A stretch of DNA of 64,000 nucleotides from Chloroflexota bacterium. Lineage in GTDB: Bacteria > Chloroflexota > UBA11872 > VXOZ01. The stretch is from the NCBI GenBank assembly GCA_963663275.1, contig OY760183.1, forward strand, positions 2,240,001 to 2,304,000, given 5' to 3'. The first letter of the stretch is position 1, and each line of letters begins with the position of its first letter. This document shows positions 37,074 through 46,620 of the stretch, piece after piece. The notes under the pieces are model-generated. The model was not told the origin of the DNA and ran no database searches. It saw nothing but the letters and a program-made list of their open reading frames with translations. The position numbers and the translations under genes were made by a program.

Positions 37074-38839
37074 CGGCGTTGGCCTGCACTCTCACGCTTG
37101 ACAAGGGTTTGCGCGGCGGTTGAGGGCGGGATGTGATAGTAGAGGAAGAGTTCGGAGGCTACTGCGCGGAACACGGGCGCGGCCACCAGAGAACCCCAGG
37201 GTTCCAGCGTTGGCCGGTCGATCTTGACGAGAATTACGAAACGGGGGTCTTCCACCGGGCCAAACCCGATGTACGAGGCAATCGTGAACTCGTCGTCATA
37301 ACCGCCCGTTTCCAGAGGAATGGAGGCCGTGCCGGTCTTGCCGGCAACCGTGTAGCCCTCGATCAGGTGCATGCTGCTTTCGGAGCGCGTGCTCGCGTCC
37401 ACGAGCATCGAAAGGAGCGTGCGCGCGGTCTCCTGGCTAACCACCCGGCGCACGGCCCGTGGTTCGACGCGGTGGACACCGTCGGTTGTGTGAATCTCCT
37501 GGACGACGTGCGGCTGCATGAGCACGCCGTCGTTCACGATTGCGGATACGGCGGCCGCGAGTTGGAGCGGCGTCACGGCGATGCCTTGCCCGAAGGCGTT
37601 GGTGGCAAGGCTCGAGGGATACCAGGCGCGTGAATTGGGGTCAGGCACGAAGCCGCCCACTTCGCCCCACAGGTCGATTCCCGTTGGCGCGCCAAAGCCG
37701 AAAGCGGAAACATATTCATAGAAGAGCGCCTTGCCCAGTTGGTCGCCAACGAAGACCGCGCCCACGTTGCTGGAGTGGGCGATCAGGTCGGTCATGTCGC
37801 TGCGGCCATGGCCCTTTTCATCCCAATTCTTGATTTCAACGCCGCCGTAACGAACGGAGCCGCCATCGTAGAATGGAGTATCCGGTGTGATTCTCCCCGC
37901 GTCCAGCGCCGCGGCCAGGGTAATGACCTTGAAGGTGGAGCCGGGCTCGTAGACCTGGCTGATGACCGGATTGGCGTAGGCGTCGCTGTCCGGGCTGTGC
38001 GCCTGCTGATAGGTGTTGGAGTCGTACGTGGGCCGGCTGGCCATGGCGATGATCGCGCCGGTCCTGGGGTCCATCACAATCACGGAGCCGCTTGACGCGC
38101 CGTAGTAATCCAGCGCCGCTTCCAGTTCACGTTCCACCACGTGCTGCACGGCGCCGTCCAGGGTGAGCACCAGGTCGGCCCCCGGAATGGCGGGCTGTAG
38201 TACCTGCGATGCGCCGCCGGTCTCTTTGCTGAAGGGTGCGCGATACGTCAACCGCCTGCCCGGTTCGCCCCGCAGCAAGTCCTCGTAATGCCCTTCCAAC
38301 CCGTACTGGCCGCTGCCGCTCTGGCTGTAGAAGCCGATGACGTGCGCGGCGAGCATGCCGAGGGGATAGATGCGATGCGCCGCGGGGGCGAGGGTAATGC
38401 TGGGCGCTTTGCCGGAGCGGATGAGCGACTTCAGGCGTTCGCTGACGGCCGGCGAGACTCCCTTGGCCAGCAGAGCGTAGCGGCTGTCCGGCTGGTCGAG
38501 CAGCGCCACGATCTCGGCCTCAGACTTGCCCAGCAGCGGCGCTAGTTCGCTTGCCATAGCGTGAATGGGCGCGCCGCTGTCGTGCACCGCGTTGGGCGCC
38601 GCCTCCACGTTGTCAAGATACTCCGCGGTTGCCAGCGGGACGTGGTTCGCATCCAGGATGTTGCCGCGTTCGGGCAGAATCTGTATGTCGTTCTTGTACT
38701 GCGTCTGCGCCATGGCGGACAGTTCGTCACTCTTGATGGCCTGGAGCCACACGAGCGAGAGCGCCACGAGCAGAGAGCCAAGCAGCGCGATCGCTTGCAT
38801 GATGCGAATGCGGGCTACGCTCACCGTTTCACGAGGCAT
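37070..38839 (-). CDS. ftsI: Class B penicillin-binding protein (FtsI/SpoVD-like)
   Basis: RGNILD, RIYP, GLEG, YEPGSTFK (SxxK), SSN, KTGT. Confidence 0.93.
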   Translation of the reverse strand: MPRETVSVARIRIMQAIALLGSLLVALSLVWLQAIKSDELSAMAQTQYKNDIQILPERGNILDANHVPLATAEYLDNVEAAPNAVHDSGAPIHAMASELAPLLGKSEAEIVALLDQPDSRYALLAKGVSPAVSERLKSLIRSGKAPSITLAPAAHRIYPLGMLAAHVIGFYSQSGSGQYGLEGHYEDLLRGEPGRRLTYRAPFSKETGGASQVLQPAIPGADLVLTLDGAVQHVVERELEAALDYYGASSGSVIVMDPRTGAIIAMASRPTYDSNTYQQAHSPDSDAYANPVISQVYEPGSTFKVITLAAALDAGRITPDTPFYDGGSVRYGGVEIKNWDEKGHGRSDMTDLIAHSSNVGAVFVGDQLGKALFYEYVSAFGFGAPTGIDLWGEVGGFVPDPNSRAWYPSSLATNAFGQGIAVTPLQLAAAVSAIVNDGVLMQPHVVQEIHTTDGVHRVEPRAVRRVVSQETARTLLSMLVDASTRSESSMHLIEGYTVAGKTGTASIPLETGGYDDEFTIASYIGFGPVEDPRFVILVKIDRPTLEPWGSLVAAPVFRAVASELFLYYHIPPSTAAQTLVKRESAGQRR

Positions 38840-39452
38840 CGTCGCCCTCCTCGCTAACTGTTGCGCCGCCTCCGGCCAGGACGCTGAGTTGCTCGCGTAG
38901 AATGTCCCAGCGACTGCTGAAGGGATAGCGTATCTCGTCTACGCCGGTTTCCTGGGGCGGCTGCAACTGCTGGGCGCTATCCGGCATCAGCGCAAAGTGC
39001 ACGTAACGAGCCGGCGCCATGCCGTGCCGCTTTCTGGCGGCCGCTTCGATCGCCCGCAGATCGCCGGCCTGGGCAATCTGCGTGCGCAACGTCTGGTTCT
39101 CGCGCTCTACGTGGGCGATGCGGCGTTCCAACTCCAGAATGCGGAAACTTGCGTCCGCCACTTGTCCGGTGGGCATCAGATAGAGCATCGCTACCAGGAA
39201 GAGCACGAGAATGCCCATGTCTAACGCTACCAGCGGGCTCAACTCGTAATACCACGGCCGGCGCTCGGCGCCGCTCGCCCGCCTGGCCCGACGGGGTCGT
39301 GCGCCTTCGACGAAATCAGCGTCGGCGACGAGGTCGGTGTCCGGGACAGAGCCGGCGCCCGCGACGAGGTCGGCGTCGGCATCTGCGACGAGGTCGGCGT
39401 CTGCGACGAAGTCGGCGTCTGCGACGGGGTCGGCTGTTTTTGGCTGCGCCAC
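38829..39452 (-). CDS. FtsL-like septum protein with low-complexity N-terminus
   Basis: Between rsmH and ftsI; single TM then coiled coil (ILELERRIAHVERENQTLRTQIA) and IEAAARK..GM; GTG after AGGAG. Confidence 0.72.
   Translation of the reverse strand: MAQPKTADPVADADFVADADLVADADADLVAGAGSVPDTDLVADADFVEGARPRRARRASGAERRPWYYELSPLVALDMGILVLFLVAMLYLMPTGQVADASFRILELERRIAHVERENQTLRTQIAQAGDLRAIEAAARKRHGMAPARYVHFALMPDSAQQLQPPQETGVDEIRYPFSSRWDILREQLSVLAGGGATVSEEGDDAS
39313..39434 (-). repeat. Intragenic 18-nt tandem repeats encoding ADAD(F/L)V
   Basis: GCAGACGCCGACTTCGTC / GCAGACGCCGACCTCGTC-like units, about 5-6 degenerate copies. Confidence 0.8.
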
Positions 39453-39469
39453 GTGTCGCTCCTGGACCG

Positions 39470-40447
39470 TCAGATACGTTCGGCGATGCGCAGGCGCGCG
39501 CTCCGGCTGCGCGGATTGCGCGCGACTTCCAAGTCGTCCGGGCGAATGGGCTTCTTGGTAAGCACGCGGAGCGTCTCGCACGGATTGCACACGCAGTCCG
39601 GGACGCCCGCGGGGCAGACGCACCTGCCGGCCGCGTGCCGCATGAAGCCCTTGACGATACGGTCTTCAAGGCTGTGAAAGGCAATCACTACCAGGCGGCC
39701 CCCGCGAACGAGCAGGTCACGCGCCTGCTCCAACGCCGTGTGCAGGTGGTCGAGTTCCCGGTTTACGGCAATGCGCAGCGCCTGGAAGGTGCGCGTTGCC
39801 GGATGGATGCGGCGGCTTTGTCGCGGTTTGCGATCCCGCTGGCCGTAGGCCGCGCGCGCGATGTCCGCCAATTCCGTGACCGTTGCCAGCGGCTGCTTGC
39901 GCCGCCGCTCGACGATGCGCCGCGCGATGCGCCGGGCGTGCCGCTCTTCTCCATATTCCCAGATGAGATTGGCGAGATCTTCCTGATCCCAGGTGTTCAC
40001 GATGGTAGCCGCGGTGAGGGGCTGCGCCGGATCCATGCGCATGTCCAGGGGGCCTTCTCGTTGCCAGGAGAAACCGCGCCGGGGATTCGCCAACTGCAAT
40101 GACGACATGCCGAGATCGAACAACACGCCATGCGCCTGGCCGAACCCGATGCGCTCCACGGCGGCGCGTAACTGGCTGAAATTGCGTTGCAGCAGGTCAA
40201 GCCGGTTGCCAAACGCCCGTAGGCGCGCTTTGCACCGCGCCAGCGCCTGCGGGTCAACGTCCAGCCCGAGCAAACGCCCGCCGGGTGTGCTGAGGGAGAG
40301 AATCGCTTCCGCGTGCCCGCCGCCGTTTGCGGTACAATCGATGAAGCGGCCGCCGTTGCTCGCCTGAAGCCCGGCAAGCACCTGGGAAAGGAGAACCGGT
40401 GTATGCTCGGATTCGGGGCTTTCGCCAAGGCCGGCTGGCGCTGACAC
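39470..40447 (-). CDS. rsmH: 16S rRNA m4C1402 methyltransferase RsmH (MraW)
   Basis: HTPVLL, DCT.NGGGH, DLGMSS.QL, LDMRM, HPATRTFQALRIAVN, FHSLEDRIVK, NPRSRSA; GTG after AAGGAG. Confidence 0.96.
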   Translation of the reverse strand: MSAPAGLGESPESEHTPVLLSQVLAGLQASNGGRFIDCTANGGGHAEAILSLSTPGGRLLGLDVDPQALARCKARLRAFGNRLDLLQRNFSQLRAAVERIGFGQAHGVLFDLGMSSLQLANPRRGFSWQREGPLDMRMDPAQPLTAATIVNTWDQEDLANLIWEYGEERHARRIARRIVERRRKQPLATVTELADIARAAYGQRDRKPRQSRRIHPATRTFQALRIAVNRELDHLHTALEQARDLLVRGGRLVVIAFHSLEDRIVKGFMRHAAGRCVCPAGVPDCVCNPCETLRVLTKKPIRPDDLEVARNPRSRSARLRIAERI

Positions 40448-40560
40448 AGAGAGGCTCCTTACACCGTATGGCGTACTGGCTGAATGGGAGCGGGTGAGCG
40501 CGCTCGCTGCTGGCAAGAGCGCGGCATGGGGAAATGCCTTCCAACTGCCGGAATGCCGGT

Positions 40561-40992
40561 TTAGATGCCCAGATCCGCGAGTTGCTCCGCCAGACTGCCG
40601 CCTTCCGCTTCGGTAGCGGCTTTGACGGCGTTCCAGGCTTCGAGTCCCCAGACCTCTATGCGCTGGTGAAGGCCGATGACCGCCACGTCGGATGAGATGG
40701 CGGCGTAAGCGCGTAAGTATTGCGGCAATAGTGTGCGCCCCTGGCTGTCGAGCGTGAAATCCACCGCTCCGGAGAAGAGCAAGCGGCTGAGTGTGCGCAC
40801 GTGCCGTTGAGTTTGAGGCAAACGGCTGACTTTGTCGGCGAGGGCGTCCCACTCGCCGCGCGGATAGATGACGAGGCACTTGTCAAGACCCCGCGTAACG
40901 ACCGCGCCGGCCGCCAATGCCTCCCGGAACTTGGCAGGGATGGCGAGACGGCCCTTTTGGTCCACCGTATGCTGAAATTCACCGAGAAACAA
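40561..40992 (-). CDS. mraZ: Division/cell wall cluster repressor MraZ
   Basis: FLGEFQHTVDQKGRLAIP...DSQGR...RIEVW; TTG start gives 143 aa. Confidence 0.97.
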   Translation of the reverse strand: MFLGEFQHTVDQKGRLAIPAKFREALAAGAVVTRGLDKCLVIYPRGEWDALADKVSRLPQTQRHVRTLSRLLFSGAVDFTLDSQGRTLLPQYLRAYAAISSDVAVIGLHQRIEVWGLEAWNAVKAATEAEGGSLAEQLADLGI

Positions 40993-41002
40993 GGCGAGCC
41001 TT

Positions 41003-41076
41003 CCACAACGCGGAACTTTTCCACACTTCCCCCCACTTTTCCCCACTTTTATCCACAGATAGAATTATATCTGTGG
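41003..41076 (-). promoter_or_regulatory. MraZ-binding GTGG repeats overlapping a DnaA box
   Basis: Minus strand GTGGataaaaGTGGggaaaaGTGG (10-nt spacing) plus two further GTGG; TTATCCACA at 41049-41057. Confidence 0.8.
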
Positions 41077-41562
41077 CGGGCGGCGGCGACAAGACCGCAC
41101 AGCGGCGGTTTCGGTGATGGGTTTTCGGCGTAGTGGCGCGGGTCTACGCCCTTTCTCGCGCTGAGATACCTTAGAATTTTCTGAGAGAATTTTCCGGATC
41201 CCACGCCCGTGCTCGCTCCGCGCCCGGCGACCGGCGCGTCCGAGCGTGCTGGCTGCCGAAGCGTTGACGGCGATTTCCTCGCTTCAATCCAATCCCTCAG
41301 TAGGGAAATTGAGACCGGCGCGGCTTGTGTATGCATTGACCGACGTTTTCTATGTGCTTAATTGGAATCGCTCGTCTATGGGGCGCGTCGCGCCGTCCGG
41401 TTGCGCCGCCGGAGAGCAGATAGCACAATGCGCCGATGAGACCAAACAGCGGAAAGCCGGGCGCGTCTGCGCTACACTGGGAAGACGGCGGGCGCGGCGA
41501 GAGTGTGTGCGGCACAGGGAATGTCCCCAAGAGAGGCATTGGCCCCTCGCGCGGGGGAGCGC

Positions 41563-42762
41563 ATGTCGATTACGCTAGAGATCAAACAACTGGCGCGGGA
41601 ACTCGGCTTTACGCCGGTGGGCATCGCGCCCGCGCACCCGTTCACGGAGACTCGCGCCGCCGCCCGCGCGCGGCTGAAGGCGGGGCATCTCGACGGCATG
41701 TCGTGGTATACGGAGGCGCGCGTGGAGCGCGGCACCCGCCCGGCGTGGCTGCTGGCCGAGGCGCGCTCCATTGTTGCCCTGGCCTTGCCGTACAACGTGG
41801 GTGAGATGGCGCAGGAAGACCCTCGCCCCGGCGAACCCCTCGGCATCGTCTCCCGCTATGCCTGGGGCCGCGACTATCACAACGTGCTCAGGAAGAAGCT
41901 CAGGAAACTGGTTGCTTTCCTGGAGTCGAAACACGCCTCCGCGCGCTTCTTTGCGGATACCGGGCCTGTGCTCGACCGGGCGGCGGCGTTCCGCGCCGGC
42001 GTCGGCTGGTACGGCAAGAGCACGATGATACTCACGGAGGAGCAGGGCACGTGGGTCTTCCTGGCCGAGGTGATTACGGATCTCGCGCTGGAATACTCGA
42101 AGCCGCTGAAGAAGAATTGCGGCAGTTGCACGCGCTGCATCGACGCGTGTCCCACCGGCGCCATCGTCGCGCCCTACCAAGTTGACGCCCGCCGCTGCAT
42201 CGCCTATCTCACGATCGAGAATCGCGGCGGCATCCCGCGCGCGCTGCGGGCCCAGATGGGAACCCGGGTCTTTGGCTGCGACATCTGCCAGGAGGTCTGC
42301 CCGGTAAACCGCTACGCCCCGGCCGACGCCGATGAGGACTTTCTCCCCCGCCCGGGCGTTGGCCCCAGCATTCCGTTGCTGCCGTTGCTGGAGATTACGG
42401 AGGACGAATTCAGGAGCCGCTTTCAGGGCACGCCGCTCATGCGGGCCAAACGCGATGGCCTGCGGCGCAATGCCATCGTCGCCTTGGGCAACGCCGGCGA
42501 TGCGGCGGCGATTCCGGCCCTGCGCCGCGTGCTCCTGGATCCCGGCGAACCGCCTATGCTGCGCGGGCACGCGGCTTGGGCCCTGGGGCGTTTTCGCGCG
42601 CCTGCCGCGCTTGCGGCTTTGCAGCAGGCAAGAGCGGAAGCACTTGAATCCGAAGTCCGCGAGGAAGTTGACTATGCTTTGCGGCAGTACAAAGAGCGGG
42701 CAGGTGACATTCTCGTAGCAGCGGAGCCGGCAGCTTCCACGCCCCCAGCGCCGGAGGCATAG
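41563..42762 (+). CDS. queG: tRNA epoxyqueuosine reductase
   Basis: SRYAWGRDYH, CGSCTRCIDACPT, RCIAYLTIE, FGCDICQEVCP, HEAT-like C-terminus. Confidence 0.95.
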   Translation: MSITLEIKQLARELGFTPVGIAPAHPFTETRAAARARLKAGHLDGMSWYTEARVERGTRPAWLLAEARSIVALALPYNVGEMAQEDPRPGEPLGIVSRYAWGRDYHNVLRKKLRKLVAFLESKHASARFFADTGPVLDRAAAFRAGVGWYGKSTMILTEEQGTWVFLAEVITDLALEYSKPLKKNCGSCTRCIDACPTGAIVAPYQVDARRCIAYLTIENRGGIPRALRAQMGTRVFGCDICQEVCPVNRYAPADADEDFLPRPGVGPSIPLLPLLEITEDEFRSRFQGTPLMRAKRDGLRRNAIVALGNAGDAAAIPALRRVLLDPGEPPMLRGHAAWALGRFRAPAALAALQQARAEALESEVREEVDYALRQYKERAGDILVAAEPAASTPPAPEA

Positions 42763-42800
42763 AATCGCCCCGTTCCCGTCCGGCTCGCCCTATGCCTATG

Positions 42801-43096
42801 GAGACTCTTGTAAAACCCCTTCCCCATTGAGGACTGGCAGGGGTATGTACACTATAGTCAACTTCACATATCATTCCGAACGGAGCGCAGCGGAGAGAGG
42901 AATCTAAGGCGCAACCCTGCAAATCAGGATCTCTAGACTCCTCGCTGCGCTCGGAGTGACAATTGCATACCATTGTCAGCCCATCGAGGGAGAGAGTTGG
43001 GATGGGTGTGAGATGAGATTTCTCATGCCACCCATAGTTGCAAGAGCACCCTGGATTCCGGCGAAAGCCGGAATGACGGAGCTATGCAACGGTCTC
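42801..43096. mobile_element. Degenerate MITE-like element 'A' with element 'B' nested at 42831-42981
   Basis: Ends GAGACTCTTGTAAAAC / GCTATGCAACGGTCTC; same internal order as 29725-29864 but the first hairpin is split by a copy of the 10734-10903 element. Confidence 0.75.
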
Positions 43097-43146
43097 CTGA
43101 GAGACTCGAATGGTAGGGGTGGACCGGCAGGCTCCCTGGACTGCGC

Positions 43147-43623
43147 TCAGGAATCGATCTCGTCATTCCAGCGGATGACGGTGAAGGGATCGTGGACGAA
43201 GTGCTCGACGACCCGGTTCTTGTCCAGGTGTTCGGAGACGATCGTGCGCACGTCGCGGGGCATGATCCGGCAGTAGAACGTGCCCTCCGGGAACACCTGC
43301 ACCGCCGGGGCGCGCGAACACTGGCTAAGGCAGGTTGATGTATAGACCTCAACCCGCTTCTTCAGTTTGTGCCGCTCGATCTGCTTCTTGAGTTCCGTCA
43401 GGATGCCTCGGCTCTTCTGTTCGCTGCAGGAGGAGCCGATGCAGACGAAGATGCGTCGCGGGCGCTCGATCGCGCCGTCATGAAACGCATCGACGCTATC
43501 GAGGTCGTTCGGGTCTGCTGTGCCCCGCGTTGAGGTGTCTGCGGCGAAACCGGCACGGTCGCGCCGGCCGCGCCTTGGCGGTTCGCGGTAATCATCATCG
43601 GGTGCGGATTCGTCATCGTCCAT
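43147..43623 (-). CDS. Thioredoxin-like [2Fe-2S] ferredoxin with disordered N-terminus
   Basis: IFVCIGSSC ... TCLSQCSRAPAVQVFPEGTFY. Confidence 0.85.
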   Translation of the reverse strand: MDDDESAPDDDYREPPRRGRRDRAGFAADTSTRGTADPNDLDSVDAFHDGAIERPRRIFVCIGSSCSEQKSRGILTELKKQIERHKLKKRVEVYTSTCLSQCSRAPAVQVFPEGTFYCRIMPRDVRTIVSEHLDKNRVVEHFVHDPFTVIRWNDEIDS

Positions 43624-43690
43624 AGTGTAGTCCTTCGACCCCTGCGACACGGTCAGGGGAAACGATTCGGTTGCTCTTTCGCCGGCCTGG

Positions 43691-43849
43691 TTAATCCCAG
43701 CCGGCCGCGCGTTCATCCAATTCGGAGGGCAACAGCCCCACGCCCTTCTTCTCCCAGAGCGTAGGTTTCCTCCAGGTAGCGTTGCACGCCCGCCGCAGCG
43801 GGACAAGACTTGGACGCGCGGGCTCTTGCTCCCGCTTCTTCCAGTTCAT
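43691..43849 (-). CDS. Possible small hypothetical protein (52 aa)
   Basis: MNWKKREQEPARPSLVPLRRACNATWRKPTLWEKKGVGLLPSELDERAAGWD fills the gap upstream of the ferredoxin; weak RBS. Confidence 0.4.
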   Translation of the reverse strand: MNWKKREQEPARPSLVPLRRACNATWRKPTLWEKKGVGLLPSELDERAAGWD

Positions 43850-44083
43850 GGCGTAAACTTCGCCAAACGCCCCGACCCGGCCTCCGGCGCTTGTTGCCGT
43901 TAAGTATAGCGTTCTCACGACCGGACTGTAAACAGCGCATTTCGAATTAGCAATCGGATGCGCGGGCGCAAGGGAGAGGATGCCAGCGACGCGGCGCGCC
44001 GGAACAGGGAGCGGTACCGCGCCGTAGGCTTGCGGTTGAGGCAAGCGTCACAGTCGAGTATCTTAACCAACAACGTACACGCC

Positions 44084-45688
44084 ATGGCGTTCTTGCCAGG
44101 AGAAGCCGTCATCACCTTCGACTACATAGTCATCGGCAGCGGCATCGCGGGTCTCTATGCCGCGCACTACGCGCGTCAATTTGGGTCTGTGCTCATTCTG
44201 ACGAAGGGCAGCCTCTCCCAGTCAAACACCCGCTACGCCCAGGGCGGCGTGGCGGCGGCGGTGGCCGCCGAGGATAGTCCGGCGCTCCATTGGCGGGACA
44301 CGATGGTTGCGGGCGCGGGGCTGTGCGACCCCCGCGCCGTGATGATACTGGTTTCCGAGGGCCCCGCGTGCGTGCGCGAACTGATGACCTTGGGCGTCAA
44401 CTTCGACACGCTGCACGGCGAGTTGACGTTGGCAAAGGAGGGAGCGCACTCGGCGGCGCGGGTGCTGCACGCGCGCGGCGACGCCACCGGCGCGGAAATC
44501 GAGGGCGCGCTCACCCGGCACACGCGCCGCTCGGCCGTGACGATTCGCGAAGGCCACCTGGCGACCAAACTGCTCGTGCAGGGAGACCGCTGCGTCGGGG
44601 TCGAGGCGCTGGACGAACGCGAAGGAACATTCCACACCTTTCACTCCCGCAACGTGATTCTCTGCTCAGGCGGCGCCGGCCAGCTTTTTGCCTACACGAC
44701 AAATCCCGGCATTGCCACAGGCGACGGCGTCGCGCTGGCATTCGCGGCCGGGGCGGGCATCGCGGACATGGAGTTCTTCCAGTTCCATCCTACCGCCCTG
44801 CGCATGGCGGGCGCGCCGTCCTTCCTGATCTCCGAGGCGGTGCGCGGCGCGGGCGCCCACCTGCGCAATAGCAACCGGGAACGCTTCATGCCGCGCTACC
44901 ACGCGCTGGCCGAGCTAGCGCCCCGGGACGTGGTGGCGCGCGCCGCCGTGCGCGAGATGGCGCGCACGCGGGGCGACTGCGTCTACCTGGACCTGCGACA
45001 CCTGGATCCGGCGGAGACCCGCACCCACTTTCCCACGATTCACGCGCGCTGCCGGAAGTACGGCATCGACATAACACGCGAACTCATTCCCGTAGCCCCG
45101 GCGGCGCACTACATGACCGGCGGCGTGCTCACCGATTACTGCGGGCGCACCGCCGTTCCCGGCCTCTACGCCTGCGGCGAGGTGGCCTGCACCGGCGTGC
45201 ACGGCGCCAACCGCCTGGCGAGCAATTCGCTGCTCGAGGCGCTTGTATTCGCGCGGCGCATCGTGCTCAGTTCGCAGGGCCAATCCGTAGAGGAGTACGC
45301 CCTGCCGCGCCGGCGGGAATCCGACCTGGCGGCCAATACGCGCCTTGTCATCGATGTGCCCCAAGCGCCGGTGGGACGCAAGCGCGCCGGCGGCGCGATG
45401 CCTGCGCTCAAGCGGCTGATGTGGCACAATGCAGGCATCGCGCGTGACGAGCAGGGCCTGGGGGAAGCGGAAGCGCAGTTGCGGGAATGGCTGGCGCGCG
45501 CTCCATTCGGGGCTACCCGCCGCCGGCATGAGTACCGCTCCGCGCTGCTGCTGGGGCTGCTATTGACCGCCGCGGCGCGGGCGCGCACGGAGAGCCGGGG
45601 CGCGCACTACCGGGAAGACTATCCGGATGCCAGCGACGCCTGGCGGCATCGCGTGGTTATCTATCCGAAGAAGACCGGCGCCGCCTAA
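44084..45688 (+). CDS. nadB: L-aspartate oxidase
   Basis: VIGSGIAGL, NTRYAQGG, EGAHS..RVLH, QFHPT, LISEAVRG, AHY..GG, HGANRLASNSLLE, ESRGAHYR. Confidence 0.96.
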   Translation: MAFLPGEAVITFDYIVIGSGIAGLYAAHYARQFGSVLILTKGSLSQSNTRYAQGGVAAAVAAEDSPALHWRDTMVAGAGLCDPRAVMILVSEGPACVRELMTLGVNFDTLHGELTLAKEGAHSAARVLHARGDATGAEIEGALTRHTRRSAVTIREGHLATKLLVQGDRCVGVEALDEREGTFHTFHSRNVILCSGGAGQLFAYTTNPGIATGDGVALAFAAGAGIADMEFFQFHPTALRMAGAPSFLISEAVRGAGAHLRNSNRERFMPRYHALAELAPRDVVARAAVREMARTRGDCVYLDLRHLDPAETRTHFPTIHARCRKYGIDITRELIPVAPAAHYMTGGVLTDYCGRTAVPGLYACGEVACTGVHGANRLASNSLLEALVFARRIVLSSQGQSVEEYALPRRRESDLAANTRLVIDVPQAPVGRKRAGGAMPALKRLMWHNAGIARDEQGLGEAEAQLREWLARAPFGATRRRHEYRSALLLGLLLTAAARARTESRGAHYREDYPDASDAWRHRVVIYPKKTGAA

Positions 45689-45755
45689 GTCCTCAGCGCA
45701 AGAGTAGAAACGCGCGGCAGGATGCCGGGCCGGTTGCGTCGCGACGGAGACTGTC

Positions 45756-46610
45756 ATGTCAACGCCCGAACTGCCATTCTCCCAGGCCCACGTGAACGCT
45801 CTCCTGCGGCGCGCTCTGGCGGAGGACGTGGGCGCGGGCGACGTGACGACCGAGGCGCTCGTGCCACCGGAACTGCCGGGGGCGGCGGCCGCCTATGCCA
45901 AGCAGGCGGGCGTGCTGGCGGGTAACTCGATTGCCGCGCGGGTCTTTACCCTCTTGGACGGCAGCGTGGAAACGACTGCGCTGCTTGCCGACGGCCAGGC
46001 GCTCACACCGGGCACACCGTTTCTGCGCGTAAACGGCTCGATGCGGGCAATTCTCACCGGAGAGCGCGTGGCGCTCAACCTGCTGCGACACCTCTCCGGC
46101 ATTGCCACGCTCACGCGGGCGTTCGTGGACGCCGTGGAGGGCACAGGCGCGCAGATCGTCGATACGCGCAAGACGACGCCGGGTCTGCGGCTCTTCGAGA
46201 AGTACGCGGTGCGCATGGGCGGCGGCCGCAATCACCGCATCGGGCTGTTCGACGGCGTGCTCATCAAGGATAACCACATCGCCGCATGCGGCTCCATCGC
46301 CAACGCCGTAGAACGGGCCAAGTCCTCGGTTCACCACCTGCTCAAGGTCCAGATAGAAGCAGAAACCCTGGAGCAGGTAGCGGAAGCGCTCGCGGCGGGC
46401 GCGGACGGCATCTTGCTGGATAACATGCCGCCGGAGATTATGGCGCGGGCCGCCGCGATGGCTCGAGGCAGGGCGTTTACGGAGGCTTCAGGCGGTATTA
46501 CCCTTGAAACGGTGAGGGATGCCGCGCAGAGTGGTGTAGACTTGATCTCGGTAGGCATGTTGACCCACTCGACGGCAGCCTTAGACATCAGCTTGGATAT
46601 AGAAGGGTAG
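45756..46610 (+). CDS. nadC: Nicotinate-nucleotide diphosphorylase (carboxylating)
   Basis: EDVGAGDVTT, ERVALN, DTRKTTPG, HR.GL.D..LIKDNH, LLDN, EASGGI. Confidence 0.97.
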   Translation: MSTPELPFSQAHVNALLRRALAEDVGAGDVTTEALVPPELPGAAAAYAKQAGVLAGNSIAARVFTLLDGSVETTALLADGQALTPGTPFLRVNGSMRAILTGERVALNLLRHLSGIATLTRAFVDAVEGTGAQIVDTRKTTPGLRLFEKYAVRMGGGRNHRIGLFDGVLIKDNHIAACGSIANAVERAKSSVHHLLKVQIEAETLEQVAEALAAGADGILLDNMPPEIMARAAAMARGRAFTEASGGITLETVRDAAQSGVDLISVGMLTHSTAALDISLDIEG

Positions 46611-46620
46611 TTGCAGCGCC

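Noticed and set aside
41295-41500. Cobalamin riboswitch upstream of B12-dependent queG (AGGGAA and CACTGGGAAG fragments)
   Set aside because: The remaining core elements (GGTG..AA.TCC, GC.ACTGT, AG.CAG.A.AC) are not present in order.
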